This document shows, one piece after another, positions 51,659-61,447 of a DNA stretch of 64,000 nucleotides. Origin of the DNA: an uncultured Actinomycetes bacterium (GTDB lineage: Bacteria; Actinomycetota; UBA4738; HRBIN12). Numbering within the stretch: position 1 is the stretch's first letter; each line of letters starts with the position of its first letter. The notes under the pieces are model-generated. The model did no database searches. It was not told the DNA's origin and saw only the letters and a program-made list of their open reading frames with translations. Where the stretch lies: the NCBI GenBank assembly GCA_963816425.1, contig CAWFKP010000006.1:747787-811786 (forward strand). The letters are read 5' to 3'. Made by a program: the position numbers and the translations under genes.

Positions 51659-51677
51659 CAGCGGAGTGTAGGGGAGG

Positions 51678-52577
51678 TCATGAGGCAGTGGCGGGACCCT
51701 GGCCGGCCTCTTTGACGGCACGCAGCACCGTGTCGCCGATCTCGGCAGGGTTGCGGACGACCCGGTGCCCCAGCGCCTCGATCGCGTCGAGCTTCTCGGT
51801 GGCGGTGTCTGCATCGCCCGCGATCACGGCGCCGGCGTGGCCCATCCGGCGTCCGCGCGGCGCGGACACGCCCGCGATGAAGCAGACGAGCGGCTTCGCC
51901 ATGTACTGCGAGGCCCACGTTGCCGCCTCGACCTCCTGTTGCCCGCCGATCTCGCCGATCATCACGACCACGTCGGTATCGTCGTCGTTCTCGAAGGCCT
52001 GAAGCACCGTCTTGAAGTCGGTGCCGTTGACCGGATCGCCCCCGATACCGACGCAGCTCGACTGGCCGAGTCCGAGGGCGGTCATCTGGCTGACCGCCTC
52101 GTAGTTGAGGGTGCCCGACCTCGACACAACCCCGACGCGGCCCGGCAGATAGATGTGGCTCGGCATGATCCCGACCTTGCATTCGCCGGGCGTGATGATG
52201 CCTGGTGAATTCGGGCCGATGATCGTCGTCGAGCGGCCGGCCAGGTAGCGCTTCGTGCGGACCATGTCCTGAACGGGCACGCCGTCCGCGATGATCACGG
52301 CGATCTGGATGCCTGCCTCGACAGCCTCCAACAGGGAGTCGGTCGCGATCGCGGGCGGCACGAAGATCCCGCTCACCGTCGCGCCGGTCTCCTCCACCGC
52401 CTCGGCCACGGAGTTGAACACCGGCAACCCGAGATGCACCCTGCCGCCCTTGCCGGGCGTGACGCCGCCAACGACCTTCGTGCCGAACCGGATCGACTCC
52501 TCGGCATGGAAGGTGGCGTGCTGGCCCGTGAAGCCCTGGATGATCACCTTCGAGTCTTTGTCGACGAACACGCTCAT
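51678..52577 (-). CDS. mtkB: Malate--CoA ligase (malate thiokinase) alpha subunit / SucD homolog
   Basis: QGFTG, GGVTPGKGG, IGPNSPG, SRSGTL, GEIGG, RMGHAGA; sits in an operon with mtkA and mcl. Confidence 0.75.
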   Translation of the reverse strand: MSVFVDKDSKVIIQGFTGQHATFHAEESIRFGTKVVGGVTPGKGGRVHLGLPVFNSVAEAVEETGATVSGIFVPPAIATDSLLEAVEAGIQIAVIIADGVPVQDMVRTKRYLAGRSTTIIGPNSPGIITPGECKVGIMPSHIYLPGRVGVVSRSGTLNYEAVSQMTALGLGQSSCVGIGGDPVNGTDFKTVLQAFENDDDTDVVVMIGEIGGQQEVEAATWASQYMAKPLVCFIAGVSAPRGRRMGHAGAVIAGDADTATEKLDAIEALGHRVVRNPAEIGDTVLRAVKEAGQGPATAS

Positions 52578-53743
52578 GCCACGGCCTCCGAGACCGCGGC
52601 GACGGCCTTGGCTGCCGCATCGTCCAGGTCGTCGGCCTGGATCACTGCGAGACCGGAGGCCGTCAGGATGCGACGGCCTTCCTCGACGTTCGTGCCGGCG
52701 AGACGCGCGATCACGGGAACGCCGATCTGCTGGTCGCGTGTCGCCTGCACGATGCCCTGCGCGATCCAGTCGCAGCGGTTGATACCGGCGAAGATGTTGA
52801 CGAGGATCGCCTCGACGTTCGGGTCGGTGAGCACGATCCGAAAGGCGTTCGCGATCTTCTCCGGGCTGGCGCCGCCGCCGACATCGAGGAAGTTCGCAGG
52901 CCGCCCGCCGTGGTGCACGATGGCATCCATCGTCCCCATCGCGAGCCCGGCCCCGTTCACGATGCACCCGACGTTGCCGTCGAGCGCGACGTAGTTCAGC
53001 CCGTGCCCCGAGGCGTCGACCTCTTTGGGGTCCTCTTCGTCGAAGTCGCGCAGTTCGGCCACGGCCGCCTGCCGGTACAGCGCGTTGTCGTCGAACTGCA
53101 TCTTGCAGTCCAGCGCGATCAGATCCCCATCCTCCGTGACGATGAACGGGTTGATCTCGAGCAGCAGGCAATCCTTGTCGCGGAACAGCCGGTAGATCCG
53201 CTTCAACAGCCGAGTGAACGACGCCGCGCGGTTCGCCAGGCCGATCGACGTCGCGATCTTGCGGCACTGGAAATCGAGCAGGCCAACGCCCGGATCGACG
53301 TGCTCGGTGTGGATCGCGTCGGGGCGCTCGGCAGCGACCTCCTCGATCTCGACACCTCCTTCCGCAGAGACGATCACGACGATCTTCTGCGAGGTGCGGT
53401 CGACGATCATGCTGAGGTAGAACTCGCGGTCGATCCGACTGGCACGCTCCACCAGCACGCGGTGGACCCGTTTGCCCTCGGGCCCCGTCTGCGCCGTGAT
53501 CAGGGTCGAGCCGATCATCTGGTCGGCGACCTCGGCAACCTTCTCCACCGAGTTGGCGACCTTGACGCCCCCACCCTTGCCGCGGCCCCCGGCGTGGATC
53601 TGCGCCTTGACCACCCAGCGGACGCCACCGAGTTCCTCCGCCACCCGAGCCGCCGCGCGGTCGCTGTAGACGACCTCACCGGCGGGCACGGGCACGCCGT
53701 AGCCCTTGAGCAGTTCCTTCGCCTGATACTCGTGGATGTTCAT
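52574..53743 (-). CDS. mtkA: Malate--CoA ligase beta subunit / SucC homolog
   Basis: MNIHEYQAKELL, KAQIHAGGRGK, NGAGLAM; VNIFAGINRCDW (MtkA-type, whereas SucC has IFGGI.RCD). Confidence 0.8.
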   Translation of the reverse strand: MNIHEYQAKELLKGYGVPVPAGEVVYSDRAAARVAEELGGVRWVVKAQIHAGGRGKGGGVKVANSVEKVAEVADQMIGSTLITAQTGPEGKRVHRVLVERASRIDREFYLSMIVDRTSQKIVVIVSAEGGVEIEEVAAERPDAIHTEHVDPGVGLLDFQCRKIATSIGLANRAASFTRLLKRIYRLFRDKDCLLLEINPFIVTEDGDLIALDCKMQFDDNALYRQAAVAELRDFDEEDPKEVDASGHGLNYVALDGNVGCIVNGAGLAMGTMDAIVHHGGRPANFLDVGGGASPEKIANAFRIVLTDPNVEAILVNIFAGINRCDWIAQGIVQATRDQQIGVPVIARLAGTNVEEGRRILTASGLAVIQADDLDDAAAKAVAAVSEAVA

Positions 53744-53764
53744 CGTCCTCGCCCTCGCGTCCCG

Positions 53765-54730
53765 TCAGCGGGCGCGCATCTGCTCGACCTTGGTGATCAG
53801 GTTCTGCGCCATGCGGATCGAGGCGGCATCGATCAATCGGCCGTCGAGCGAGACCGCCCCCTTGCCCTGCTTCGCACCGTCCTCCATCGCCTGGAGGATG
53901 CGGTGGGCGCGTTCGATCTCGGCGGCGTCCGGCGTGAAAACCTCGTTCGCAAGCGCGATCTGGGACGGATGGATCGCCCATTTGCCCTCGCAACCGAGGG
54001 CGGCGGCGCGTCGCGCCGCGCTCCGATAGCCGTCCGCGTCGTTGAGGTCGCCGAACGGCCCGTCGATCGGCCGCAACCCTTCCGCGCGGCAGGCGGCGAC
54101 CATGCGCGAGATGCCGAAGTGCCACTGGTCGCCCCAGTGGGTCTCGCGCGCGCCGGTCGCGTCGCCGTCGGTGAGCACGGCGTAGTCGGGATTCGCGCCG
54201 CCGATGTTCGTCGTTCGCGCCTGCACGCTGGCCGCGTAGTCGGCGACGCCGAAGACCATCGCCTCGAGCCGGTCTGGTCGCGCGCGCGCGATCGACTCGA
54301 CGTTGGCCATGCCCTTGGCGGTTTCGATCAGGATGTGGATGCCGATCCGACCCGGCTCCCACCCGTTGCGCTGCTCGATCTGGTCCAACAGGGTCGCGAC
54401 GAAGACCACGTCGGATGCCGACCCCACCTTCGGGACCAGGACGGTATCGAGCACGTCGCCGTGTGCCTCGACGACGTCCACGATGTCCCGATAGCACCAG
54501 TGGGTGTCGAGGCCGTTGACGCGCACGCTGATCGCCGTCGATGACCAGTCCTGCGCGCCCAACGCGTCGATCACGTTGGCACGCGCCTGTTCCTTGTCGT
54601 CGGGCGCGACCGCGTCCTCCAGGTCGAGGAACACGAGGTCCGCGCCCAGGGTCGCGGCCTTCTCGATCGCGCGCACGTTGGTGCCGGGCACGGCGAGCTC
54701 GCTGCGGTGCAGCCGGGCTTTCTCGGTCAT
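53765..54730 (-). CDS. mcl: Malyl-CoA/(S)-citramalyl-CoA lyase
   Basis: RLHRSELAVPG, FLDLEDAVAPDDKEQAR, FGVADYAAS, IGGANPDY...HWGDQWH, IDGPFGD, GCEGKWAIHPSQ. Confidence 0.88.
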   Translation of the reverse strand: MTEKARLHRSELAVPGTNVRAIEKAATLGADLVFLDLEDAVAPDDKEQARANVIDALGAQDWSSTAISVRVNGLDTHWCYRDIVDVVEAHGDVLDTVLVPKVGSASDVVFVATLLDQIEQRNGWEPGRIGIHILIETAKGMANVESIARARPDRLEAMVFGVADYAASVQARTTNIGGANPDYAVLTDGDATGARETHWGDQWHFGISRMVAACRAEGLRPIDGPFGDLNDADGYRSAARRAAALGCEGKWAIHPSQIALANEVFTPDAAEIERAHRILQAMEDGAKQGKGAVSLDGRLIDAASIRMAQNLITKVEQMRAR

Positions 54731-54736
54731 GGCGGC

Positions 54737-55874
54737 TCAGCGTGGCAGGACGGTGTCGAAGGCGCCAAGCACCCGATCGGCGGCCACGCGGTTCGCGTTC
54801 ACGCCCATCAGGCCAACGCGCCAGATGGGGGGAGCCTTCGGACCGAGCCCGCCGCCGACCTCGAGGTTGAACTCCCGCAGGAAGCGTCCCTGCACCTCCT
54901 TGCCGTCGACGCCCTCGGGCACCTTGACCGCGGTGAGCTCGACCAGCTGGTGGTCGCCGTCGGCGAGCAGCTCGAAGCCACGGGCCGTGATCTGCTCCTG
55001 GAAATAGCGACCGGCGTCCGTATGCCGAGCCCACCGGTTCTCGAGGCCCTCGTCGAGCGCCAGACGGATGCCGGTGTACAGCGCGTAGTACTGCAGGATC
55101 GGCATGGTGTGGTGGTAGGCGATCGGCCGGTCGATCCAGTACTTCGCCAGCTCCTCGAAGTCGTAGTAGTAGGGGACCGCGCTCGTGTGCGCCTTCATGA
55201 CCTCGATCGCGCGATCGCTGATCGTGACCGGCGCGATACCGGGCGGACACCCGAGGGCCTTCTGCGAGCAGGAGTATCCGTAGTCGATGCCCCAGGCGTC
55301 GGCGTCGACGCGTTGGCCGCCGAGCGATGTCACGCAGTCCGACGTAGAGCAGCGCATCCGAGCCGCTCGCCCGCATCGCCTCGGCGAGCTCCTGCAGCGG
55401 GAACTCCACACCGGTGGACGTCTCGGCATGCACGACCGACACGACCTTCGCCGCGGGGTTGGCCCCCAGCGTCTCCATGATCCGGTCGACCGAGACGAGT
55501 TGACCGAAGTCGGCGGTGAGCTCGACGACCTCGGCGCCGACCCGGTGCGCGAAGTCGTTCAGCCGCGAGCCGAAGAACCCCCAGTGGCAGCTGATGACCG
55601 TGTCGCCGGGCTCGATCAGGTTCATGAGGCCGGCCTCCATCGCCGACGTGCCCGAGGACGACAGGCAGATCGACAGTCCGTGCGAGGAGCGCCAGAGGGC
55701 CTGTAAGCCCGAGACGAGGTCCACGAGGACGTCCCAGAAGTCGGGGTCGAGATGCCCGTTCATCGGCAGGCGCATCGACTCGAGGACGTCCGGGTGCACG
55801 TTCGAGGGACCGGGACCGCAGAGCAGTCGCTCGCCCGGGTCCAATGCGGGGATCGAGGTCGCCAGGTCGGCCAT
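54737..55874 (-). CDS. Serine/alanine--glyoxylate aminotransferase (class V PLP; frameshift near 55343)
   Basis: LLCGPGPSNV, GTSAME, VHAETSTGV, DCVTSLGG, SCSQKAL..PPG, YHHT, WRVGLMG. Confidence 0.88.
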
Positions 55875-55936
55875 GGCTCTTCCTTTCCTGTTCGAGTCCC
55901 GGTCGGTCCGCCGGCCGGGATTGAGGGGCGGAGCAT

Positions 55937-55999
55937 AGGGCACCCGTTCAGCCAGGAGGTAGCGGGTGCCCTTGAACGCCGGTCAGTGGCCGGCGTTCA
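55937..55999. other. Two abutting perfect 10-bp hairpins between the hpr-like and sga-like genes
   Basis: AGGGCACCCG(55937-46)/CGGGTGCCCT(55963-72) and TGAACGCCGG(55973-82)/CCGGCGTTCA(55990-99). Confidence 0.7.
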
Positions 56000-56028
56000 T
56001 CCCGTGTTCTGCAGCCCCGTCGCCACCG

Positions 56029-57010
56029 CTACACGAACGCGTCGGGGTTGAGGAGCGTGGGCGGTCGGGCGCCGTCGAGCGCCGCGAACACGTTGTCGAC
56101 CGCGAGGTTGCCCATCGCGTCGCGCGTGTCGATCGTCGCGCTGCCCAGATGGGGGATCACGACCGCGCGCTCCAGCTCCAGGAGCTTGGCGGTGACCTCC
56201 GGCTCCCGCTCGAAGACATCGAGGCCGGCGGCGAACAGCTCGCCTGCCTCCAGCGCATCGGCGAGGGCGGCCTCGTCCACGACCGGCCCGCGCGACGTGT
56301 TGACGAGCACGGCGCTCGGCTTCATCCGGCGGAACTCCTCGGTGCTGAACAGGTGGCGCGTCTCGGGCGTGAGGTTCGTGTGGATCGAGATGAAGTCCGC
56401 CTCCGCGAGCAGGTCGTCGAGCTCGACCCGGCGCGCACCGGTCTCGGCCTCGACCTCGGGCGGGCAGCTGCACTGCGTCGCTGTACAGGACGGTCATGCC
56501 GAAGCCCTTCGCCCGGCGGGCGACCGCCTGCCCGATCCGCCCGAAGCCGACGATGCCGATCGTCTTGTGGTGGACGTCTTGGCCCAGCATCATCAACGGA
56601 CCCCAGATCCACGGGGTGCGGGCACGCAGGAGACGCTCGCCCTCGCCGATCCGGCGAGCGCCCGCCAACAGGAGTGCGAACGCCGTGTCGGCCGTGGTCT
56701 CCGTCAATACGTCGGGCGTATTGGTCGCGAGCACCCCGGCGGCGGTACACGCGGCGACGTCGACGTTGTCGAACCCGACGGCGTGGTTCGCCACGATCCT
56801 CAGCTGCGGCCCGGCGGCGGCGAGCAACTCCGCATCGACGCGCTCGGTGAGCATCGTGATCAACGCGTCGCGACCCGCCACGACCCGCAGGAGTTCATCG
56901 CGCGGGATGCCGAACTCGTTCTCGTGCACGGTCACGTCGCATCGCTCGCGCAGACGAGCGAGCGGCTCATCCATGATCGGGCGGGTCACCAGCACGTTCG
57001 GTCGACTCAC
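56029..57010 (-). CDS. D-glycerate dehydrogenase / hydroxypyruvate-glyoxylate reductase (frameshift near 56465)
   Basis: AVGFDNVD, NTPDVLTETTAD, GFGRIG, NTSRGPVVDE, GLDVFEREP, PHLGSAT. Confidence 0.9.
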
Positions 57011-57100
57011 GGGTTCGCTCCTCGCGACAGGAAACGCGGAGCTTGCCACGGCGAGGCATGCGAGCGGTAGTCGGGGTCACCGGCCGGCGGTCATGCGACG

Positions 57101-57616
57101 ATGACGAGCGTGACCTGGCATGTGGAGACCGAACGGCTGCGGCTGCGGCCGATGTCGCTCGACGACCTCGACGCGTTCGCGGCGGTCGTGGGCGACCCCG
57201 AGTCGATGCGCTTCTATCCTCGGCCGTTCGACCGATCGATGGCTCGCGCGTGGATCGAACGGGTGGGGGAGCGCTACGAGCGCGACGGGATCGGACTCCT
57301 CGCGGTGGTCGAGCGGGCGACCGACGACATGATCGGCGACTGCGGCCCGATGGTGCAGGAAACCGGCCATGGTTCGTTCGTCGAGCTCGGGTGGCACATC
57401 CGTCGCGATCGACAGGGTCTCGGGTTCGCGACCGAGGCGGGCGCCGCGTGCCGCGATCGAGCGTGGGCCGAGCTCGACGCCGACCGACTGATCAGCATCA
57501 TCCGACCCGAGAACGTGCCGAGCTGGTCGGTCGCCCGCGCCCTCGGATTCCGGCCGTGGCGCGGCGACGTGCGCGCCGGCATGGCACACATCCTGTGGAC
57601 GATCGAGCGCCCCTGA
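57101..57616 (+). CDS. RimJ/RimL-type GNAT acetyltransferase
   Basis: ETERLRLRP, IGDCG, ELGW, QGLGFATEA, PEN.PS. Confidence 0.88.
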   Translation: MTSVTWHVETERLRLRPMSLDDLDAFAAVVGDPESMRFYPRPFDRSMARAWIERVGERYERDGIGLLAVVERATDDMIGDCGPMVQETGHGSFVELGWHIRRDRQGLGFATEAGAACRDRAWAELDADRLISIIRPENVPSWSVARALGFRPWRGDVRAGMAHILWTIERP

Positions 57617-57629
57617 GCGCCCCTGAGTG

Positions 57630-58139
57630 TCAGTCGACGATGTCGATGCGTTCGATCACGACGTCGTCCACGGGGCGATCGTTCCCGCCGGTCGCGAGAC
57701 CCGCGATCGACTCCACGACGTCGTAGCCCTCGGTCACCTGGCCGAAGATGGTATGCCGGCCGTTGAGCCACGGCGTCTCCGCCACCGTCACGAAGAACTG
57801 GCAGCCGTTCGTTCCGGGGCCCGCATTGGCCATCGCCAACCGGCCCACCTGGTTGAACGTTGGTCCGTCGGGCGGGCACTCGTCGTCGAAGGTATAGCCG
57901 GGGCCGCCGGAGCCCGTGCCGGTCGGATCGCCGCCTTGGATCATGAACCCGTCGATCACCCGATGGAACATCGTCCCCGGGTAGAGCGCGCCCGTTTGCG
58001 CCGATCCATCTCGCGGATCGGTCCAGGGCTTCGCACCGGTCGCAAGCCCGACGAAGTTCTCGACGGTCTTTGGAGCGTGGTCGGGCATGAGCGACACGGT
58101 GAACGACCCCTTGTTGGTGACGAACGTGGCGTTCGACAT
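57630..58139 (-). CDS. ppiA: Cytoplasmic cyclophilin PPIase
   Basis: APKTVENFVGLA, FHRVIDGFMIQGGDPTGTG, AMANAGPGTNG.QFF, HTIFGQV. Confidence 0.93.
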   Translation of the reverse strand: MSNATFVTNKGSFTVSLMPDHAPKTVENFVGLATGAKPWTDPRDGSAQTGALYPGTMFHRVIDGFMIQGGDPTGTGSGGPGYTFDDECPPDGPTFNQVGRLAMANAGPGTNGCQFFVTVAETPWLNGRHTIFGQVTEGYDVVESIAGLATGGNDRPVDDVVIERIDIVD

Positions 58140-58235
58140 GGGTGACGCCTCTCCTCCGAGACTGTCAGCCTACGGGTTCGAGTCGGCGCACGTCGGGTCG
58201 TTGCTGGCGACCCCGTGCCCACCTACGCTGCCGGC

Positions 58236-59340
58236 GTGTCCACAGCTGTGCACGCGTCGGCTCGCCGACTCGGGACCTCCGAGTTGTTGCCACTGTCGCT
58301 GATGGCGCTGGTGTGGGTGGTCATGCTCGCGTGGATGCCGGTAGACGCGCTGCGCGGCGATGTCCTTCGGTTCTGGGAGATCGCACACGCAGGGGGTCGA
58401 CCCTTACGTCGACTTCCCCGTCGAATACCCGCCACTCGAAACGTTCATCGTCGCGCTTGTCGGCCGCGGATCCGTGACGGCCATCGCATACAGACTCGCG
58501 ATCATCAACGGTGCATCGACCCTGGCGTGCTGGTGGCTCCTTCGGCGTCATTGGTCCGTGAACGTGTCGACGCTGTTCCTGTGGTTCGCGTTGCCGCTCC
58601 AAGTCTTCATGCCGTTCCGGATCGACGCGCTGGTCCTCGTTGCCGTGATCGGCGCCGTCGTGTTGGCCGATCGGGACCGGGAGCTGGTGGCCGGCGTGTT
58701 GATGGCGGCCTCGATCCTCTTCAAGCTCTGGCCGATCGTGATCCTGCCGGTATTCGCGATCCGCGCGCAGCGGCGCGCGGTCATCGTTACGGTCGCGGCC
58801 TGCGTCGTCGGGACGGCTGTGTGGGTGGGAGCGAGCAACGCCGACGCCGTGCACCAGGTGGTGTCCTATCGGGACGCGACCGGGTGGCAGATCGAGAGCG
58901 TTTTCGGGATCGTGGTCAACGCCGTTTCGGACGCGCAGCCTCGGATCGAGGCGGGGGCGTCCCGGATCGGCGTCATGGCGCCGTGGGAGGTGACGGCGGC
59001 TCGGCTGCTGACACTCCTGCTCGTGTCGGCCGCTTGGATGCTCGCCGTCAAGCGGCGGTCCGACCCGATGGGCGCGCCGTCGCTCGCAGCGCTCGCATCG
59101 CTCATCCTGTTCTCGCCCGTCGCGTCACCGCAGTACGTCGTCTGGCTGCTGCCGTTCGCGGCGATCACGGCTGCGCACCGGCGAGAGTCGGATGTGCGGA
59201 TCCTCATGATCGGTGCGGGCGTCTTCGCGTCCGCGGTGTTCTCGGTGTATTGGGGCTTCCGCGACCTGTTCGTGTTGCAGGTGATCGCCGCCGGGCGCGC
59301 GCTCTGCCTCCTGGGGCTTGATCGTTGTCGGTTTCGCTGA
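58236..59340 (+). CDS. GT87-like (GT-C) membrane glycosyltransferase (frameshift near 58395; 3' end uncertain)
   Basis: PYVDFPVEYPP, KLWP, QIES, SPQYVVWLLPF. Confidence 0.72.
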
Positions 59341-59341
59341 G

Positions 59342-60571
59342 TCATACCGGGGCGGGATCCCGAAGACCGTTGAGGGCGTCGGGTAGGCGGACCCTGACAC
59401 CATCGGTGGGCATCGGATCGCGCATCCACTCCACCACGCAGCGCAGCAACAGGAGTGCCCGGATGATGATGATGATCGAGAGCACACCGTAGGAAGGCCC
59501 CGAGCCCCCGCCGAGCGTCTCGAAGAAGAGGAACCGAACCATGAACTCCAACACCTCGGCAAGCTGGTACTCGACGAACGTGATGGTGCGGACCCGCGTC
59601 ATCGCGAACCACGGCAGGAGCCAAAGCGAGTACTGCGGCGACCAGACCTTGCTCGTCACGAGGAGCATCGCCAGCAGCGGAAAGGTGAGCATCCAACGGG
59701 GCACGTCGGGTGCACGACGGGTCACGCGACGCCAGATCCAAGCGGTGACCGCCGCCGCGATCAACAGCGAGGCGATGTTGACGACGCGTGTCGGCACGCA
59801 GACTGCGGCCCGGCAAAGCACCCACCAAAGGCTGTCGTAGTCGGGGAGCCGCTCACCGCTGAATCGGAAGAAGACCATCCATCCTTCGAACGCCAGGATC
59901 GCGAAGGGGATGTTCGCTGCGATCCAGGTGGCACCTGTGGCCAGGAGCAATCGAATCGCGCCGCCTTGATCCGCGCGACGTCGCTCCTCGGCGGCCGATG
60001 GAAGGGCGAGCAGCGCGGGGTACAGCTTCGCGGCCGCCCCGACCCCCCACAGGATGCCGGCGAGCACGGGGCGGCGTCGCACATACGCCAGGAAACCGAG
60101 CGTCGCAAGTGCAACGGGAACGAGGTCCCAGTTCACGGACCCCGCGAGCGCAAGGACCGGGGAGGCGGCGAACATGAGGGTTCGCGCCCCGAGCCGCTCG
60201 AGCGCCCATGCCGTCGCAAGGGCAGCGGCCAGCAGCACCGCCATCGACCACCAGAAGAATGGCCCGTAGGGGTTGGAGCCGTGCCCCGACACCCAGGCGA
60301 CCGCGCGCATGAGGTACATGGTCCCGACCGGGTACTCGTCGCATGCGCGGGCCGATGGTGTGCACCGATCGAGATACGGCAATCGATCACCGAGGAGCTG
60401 CTCCCATGAACGAAGGTTGACGATGTCCGAATCGCAGGACCAACGGATGGGTTGCCGATCCTCTACCCACGACACTGTCGCGCACGGGGCCTTTTGTGCC
60501 GCACCCACGAGGAAGACGGCGGCTGTCGTCACCAGCATCACGACCAGGTGGGAAGCGAGGGCACGCCGCAC
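59342..60571 (-). CDS. GT87/DUF2029 family membrane glycosyltransferase
   Basis: QKAPC...CDSDI...EYPV, NWDL, KLYP, KVWSPQYSLWLLP. Confidence 0.82.
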   Translation of the reverse strand: MRRALASHLVVMLVTTAAVFLVGAAQKAPCATVSWVEDRQPIRWSCDSDIVNLRSWEQLLGDRLPYLDRCTPSARACDEYPVGTMYLMRAVAWVSGHGSNPYGPFFWWSMAVLLAAALATAWALERLGARTLMFAASPVLALAGSVNWDLVPVALATLGFLAYVRRRPVLAGILWGVGAAAKLYPALLALPSAAEERRRADQGGAIRLLLATGATWIAANIPFAILAFEGWMVFFRFSGERLPDYDSLWWVLCRAAVCVPTRVVNIASLLIAAAVTAWIWRRVTRRAPDVPRWMLTFPLLAMLLVTSKVWSPQYSLWLLPWFAMTRVRTITFVEYQLAEVLEFMVRFLFFETLGGGSGPSYGVLSIIIIIRALLLLRCVVEWMRDPMPTDGVRVRLPDALNGLRDPAPV

Positions 60572-60637
60572 GCGGGCATCGTAGCCCTCGACCTCCTGCC
60601 TCCCGCTTATCTGGAGGCTTCTCTGGGTCGATGGATA

Positions 60638-61447
60638 ATGCCGGAGGTGGAGATCACGCTCGAACGCCGGCTTCGGCTTGCCCAGAATCCCGATGGTGGG
60701 TTCGGAAGCATGCCCGGCGTTGCCTCGGAACCGGAACCGACAGCCATGGCTGCGCTCGCGCTTCGCGACCAACGTGCCGTGGACTGGCTCGTGGATGCCC
60801 AGCGAACCGACGGCGCCTTCGGCATGCAGGCGGGCTCTGTTCTGTCCGACGACACCGCGGTTGTCTGTCTGGGATTGCCCACAGGAACGGCGCGCGAACG
60901 CGCGCTCGATCATCTCGAGCGGATCGCAGGCGCGAATGCGGTGGCAGACCCCGGTGCGCCCCCATACGGTTGGCCGTGGACGCAGGGTGCCCACGGATGG
61001 ATCGAACCGACCGCGTGGGGGATGTTGGCACTGCGTGTCGGCCGCCCCGATGCGGCCGCTCGTATCGCCGACGGACTGGCGGTGCTCCGCGATCAAGAGT
61101 GCGTTGGTGGTGGGTGGAACTACGGCACGAGAGAGGGGTTCGGCGTGGACCAGCCTCCCTTCGTGCAGACGACGGCGGTCGCCGTGCTGGCGGTCGCCGG
61201 TCTTGACGATGCGCTCCGCAGGCGCGGACAAGTCGTCTTGGAGCGACGGTGGCCCGCGGAAGTGGCGGGACTCCTGTCCGTGGCGAGCGCGGCCGCCTCG
61301 CTCGCCGCGCTGGGGTCTTCCCAAGCAGCCCACGCCCTGGAGGCGATGATCGGGACGGCCGAACGCACTGTCGTCGCGGATACGGTCGCGCTCGCGTGGG
61401 CATCGCTGGCCGAGCAGGGTCGCGGCCCGATCGAGGTGCACGGATGA
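60638..61447 (+). CDS. Prenyltransferase/squalene-cyclase (QxxDGG) repeat protein
   Basis: AQNPDGGFG, AQRTDGAFG, GWPW...WIEPTA, GGGWNYG. Confidence 0.72.
   Translation: MPEVEITLERRLRLAQNPDGGFGSMPGVASEPEPTAMAALALRDQRAVDWLVDAQRTDGAFGMQAGSVLSDDTAVVCLGLPTGTARERALDHLERIAGANAVADPGAPPYGWPWTQGAHGWIEPTAWGMLALRVGRPDAAARIADGLAVLRDQECVGGGWNYGTREGFGVDQPPFVQTTAVAVLAVAGLDDALRRRGQVVLERRWPAEVAGLLSVASAAASLAALGSSQAAHALEAMIGTAERTVVADTVALAWASLAEQGRGPIEVHG

Noticed and set aside
51678-53267. 529-aa extended SucD-like ORF
   Set aside because: The real start is 52577, overlapping the mtkA stop; the extension is an alternate frame of mtkA
57605-57627. 10-bp direct repeat GAGCGCCCCT x2 between convergent genes
   Set aside because: Too short, with no associated element; likely a local duplication
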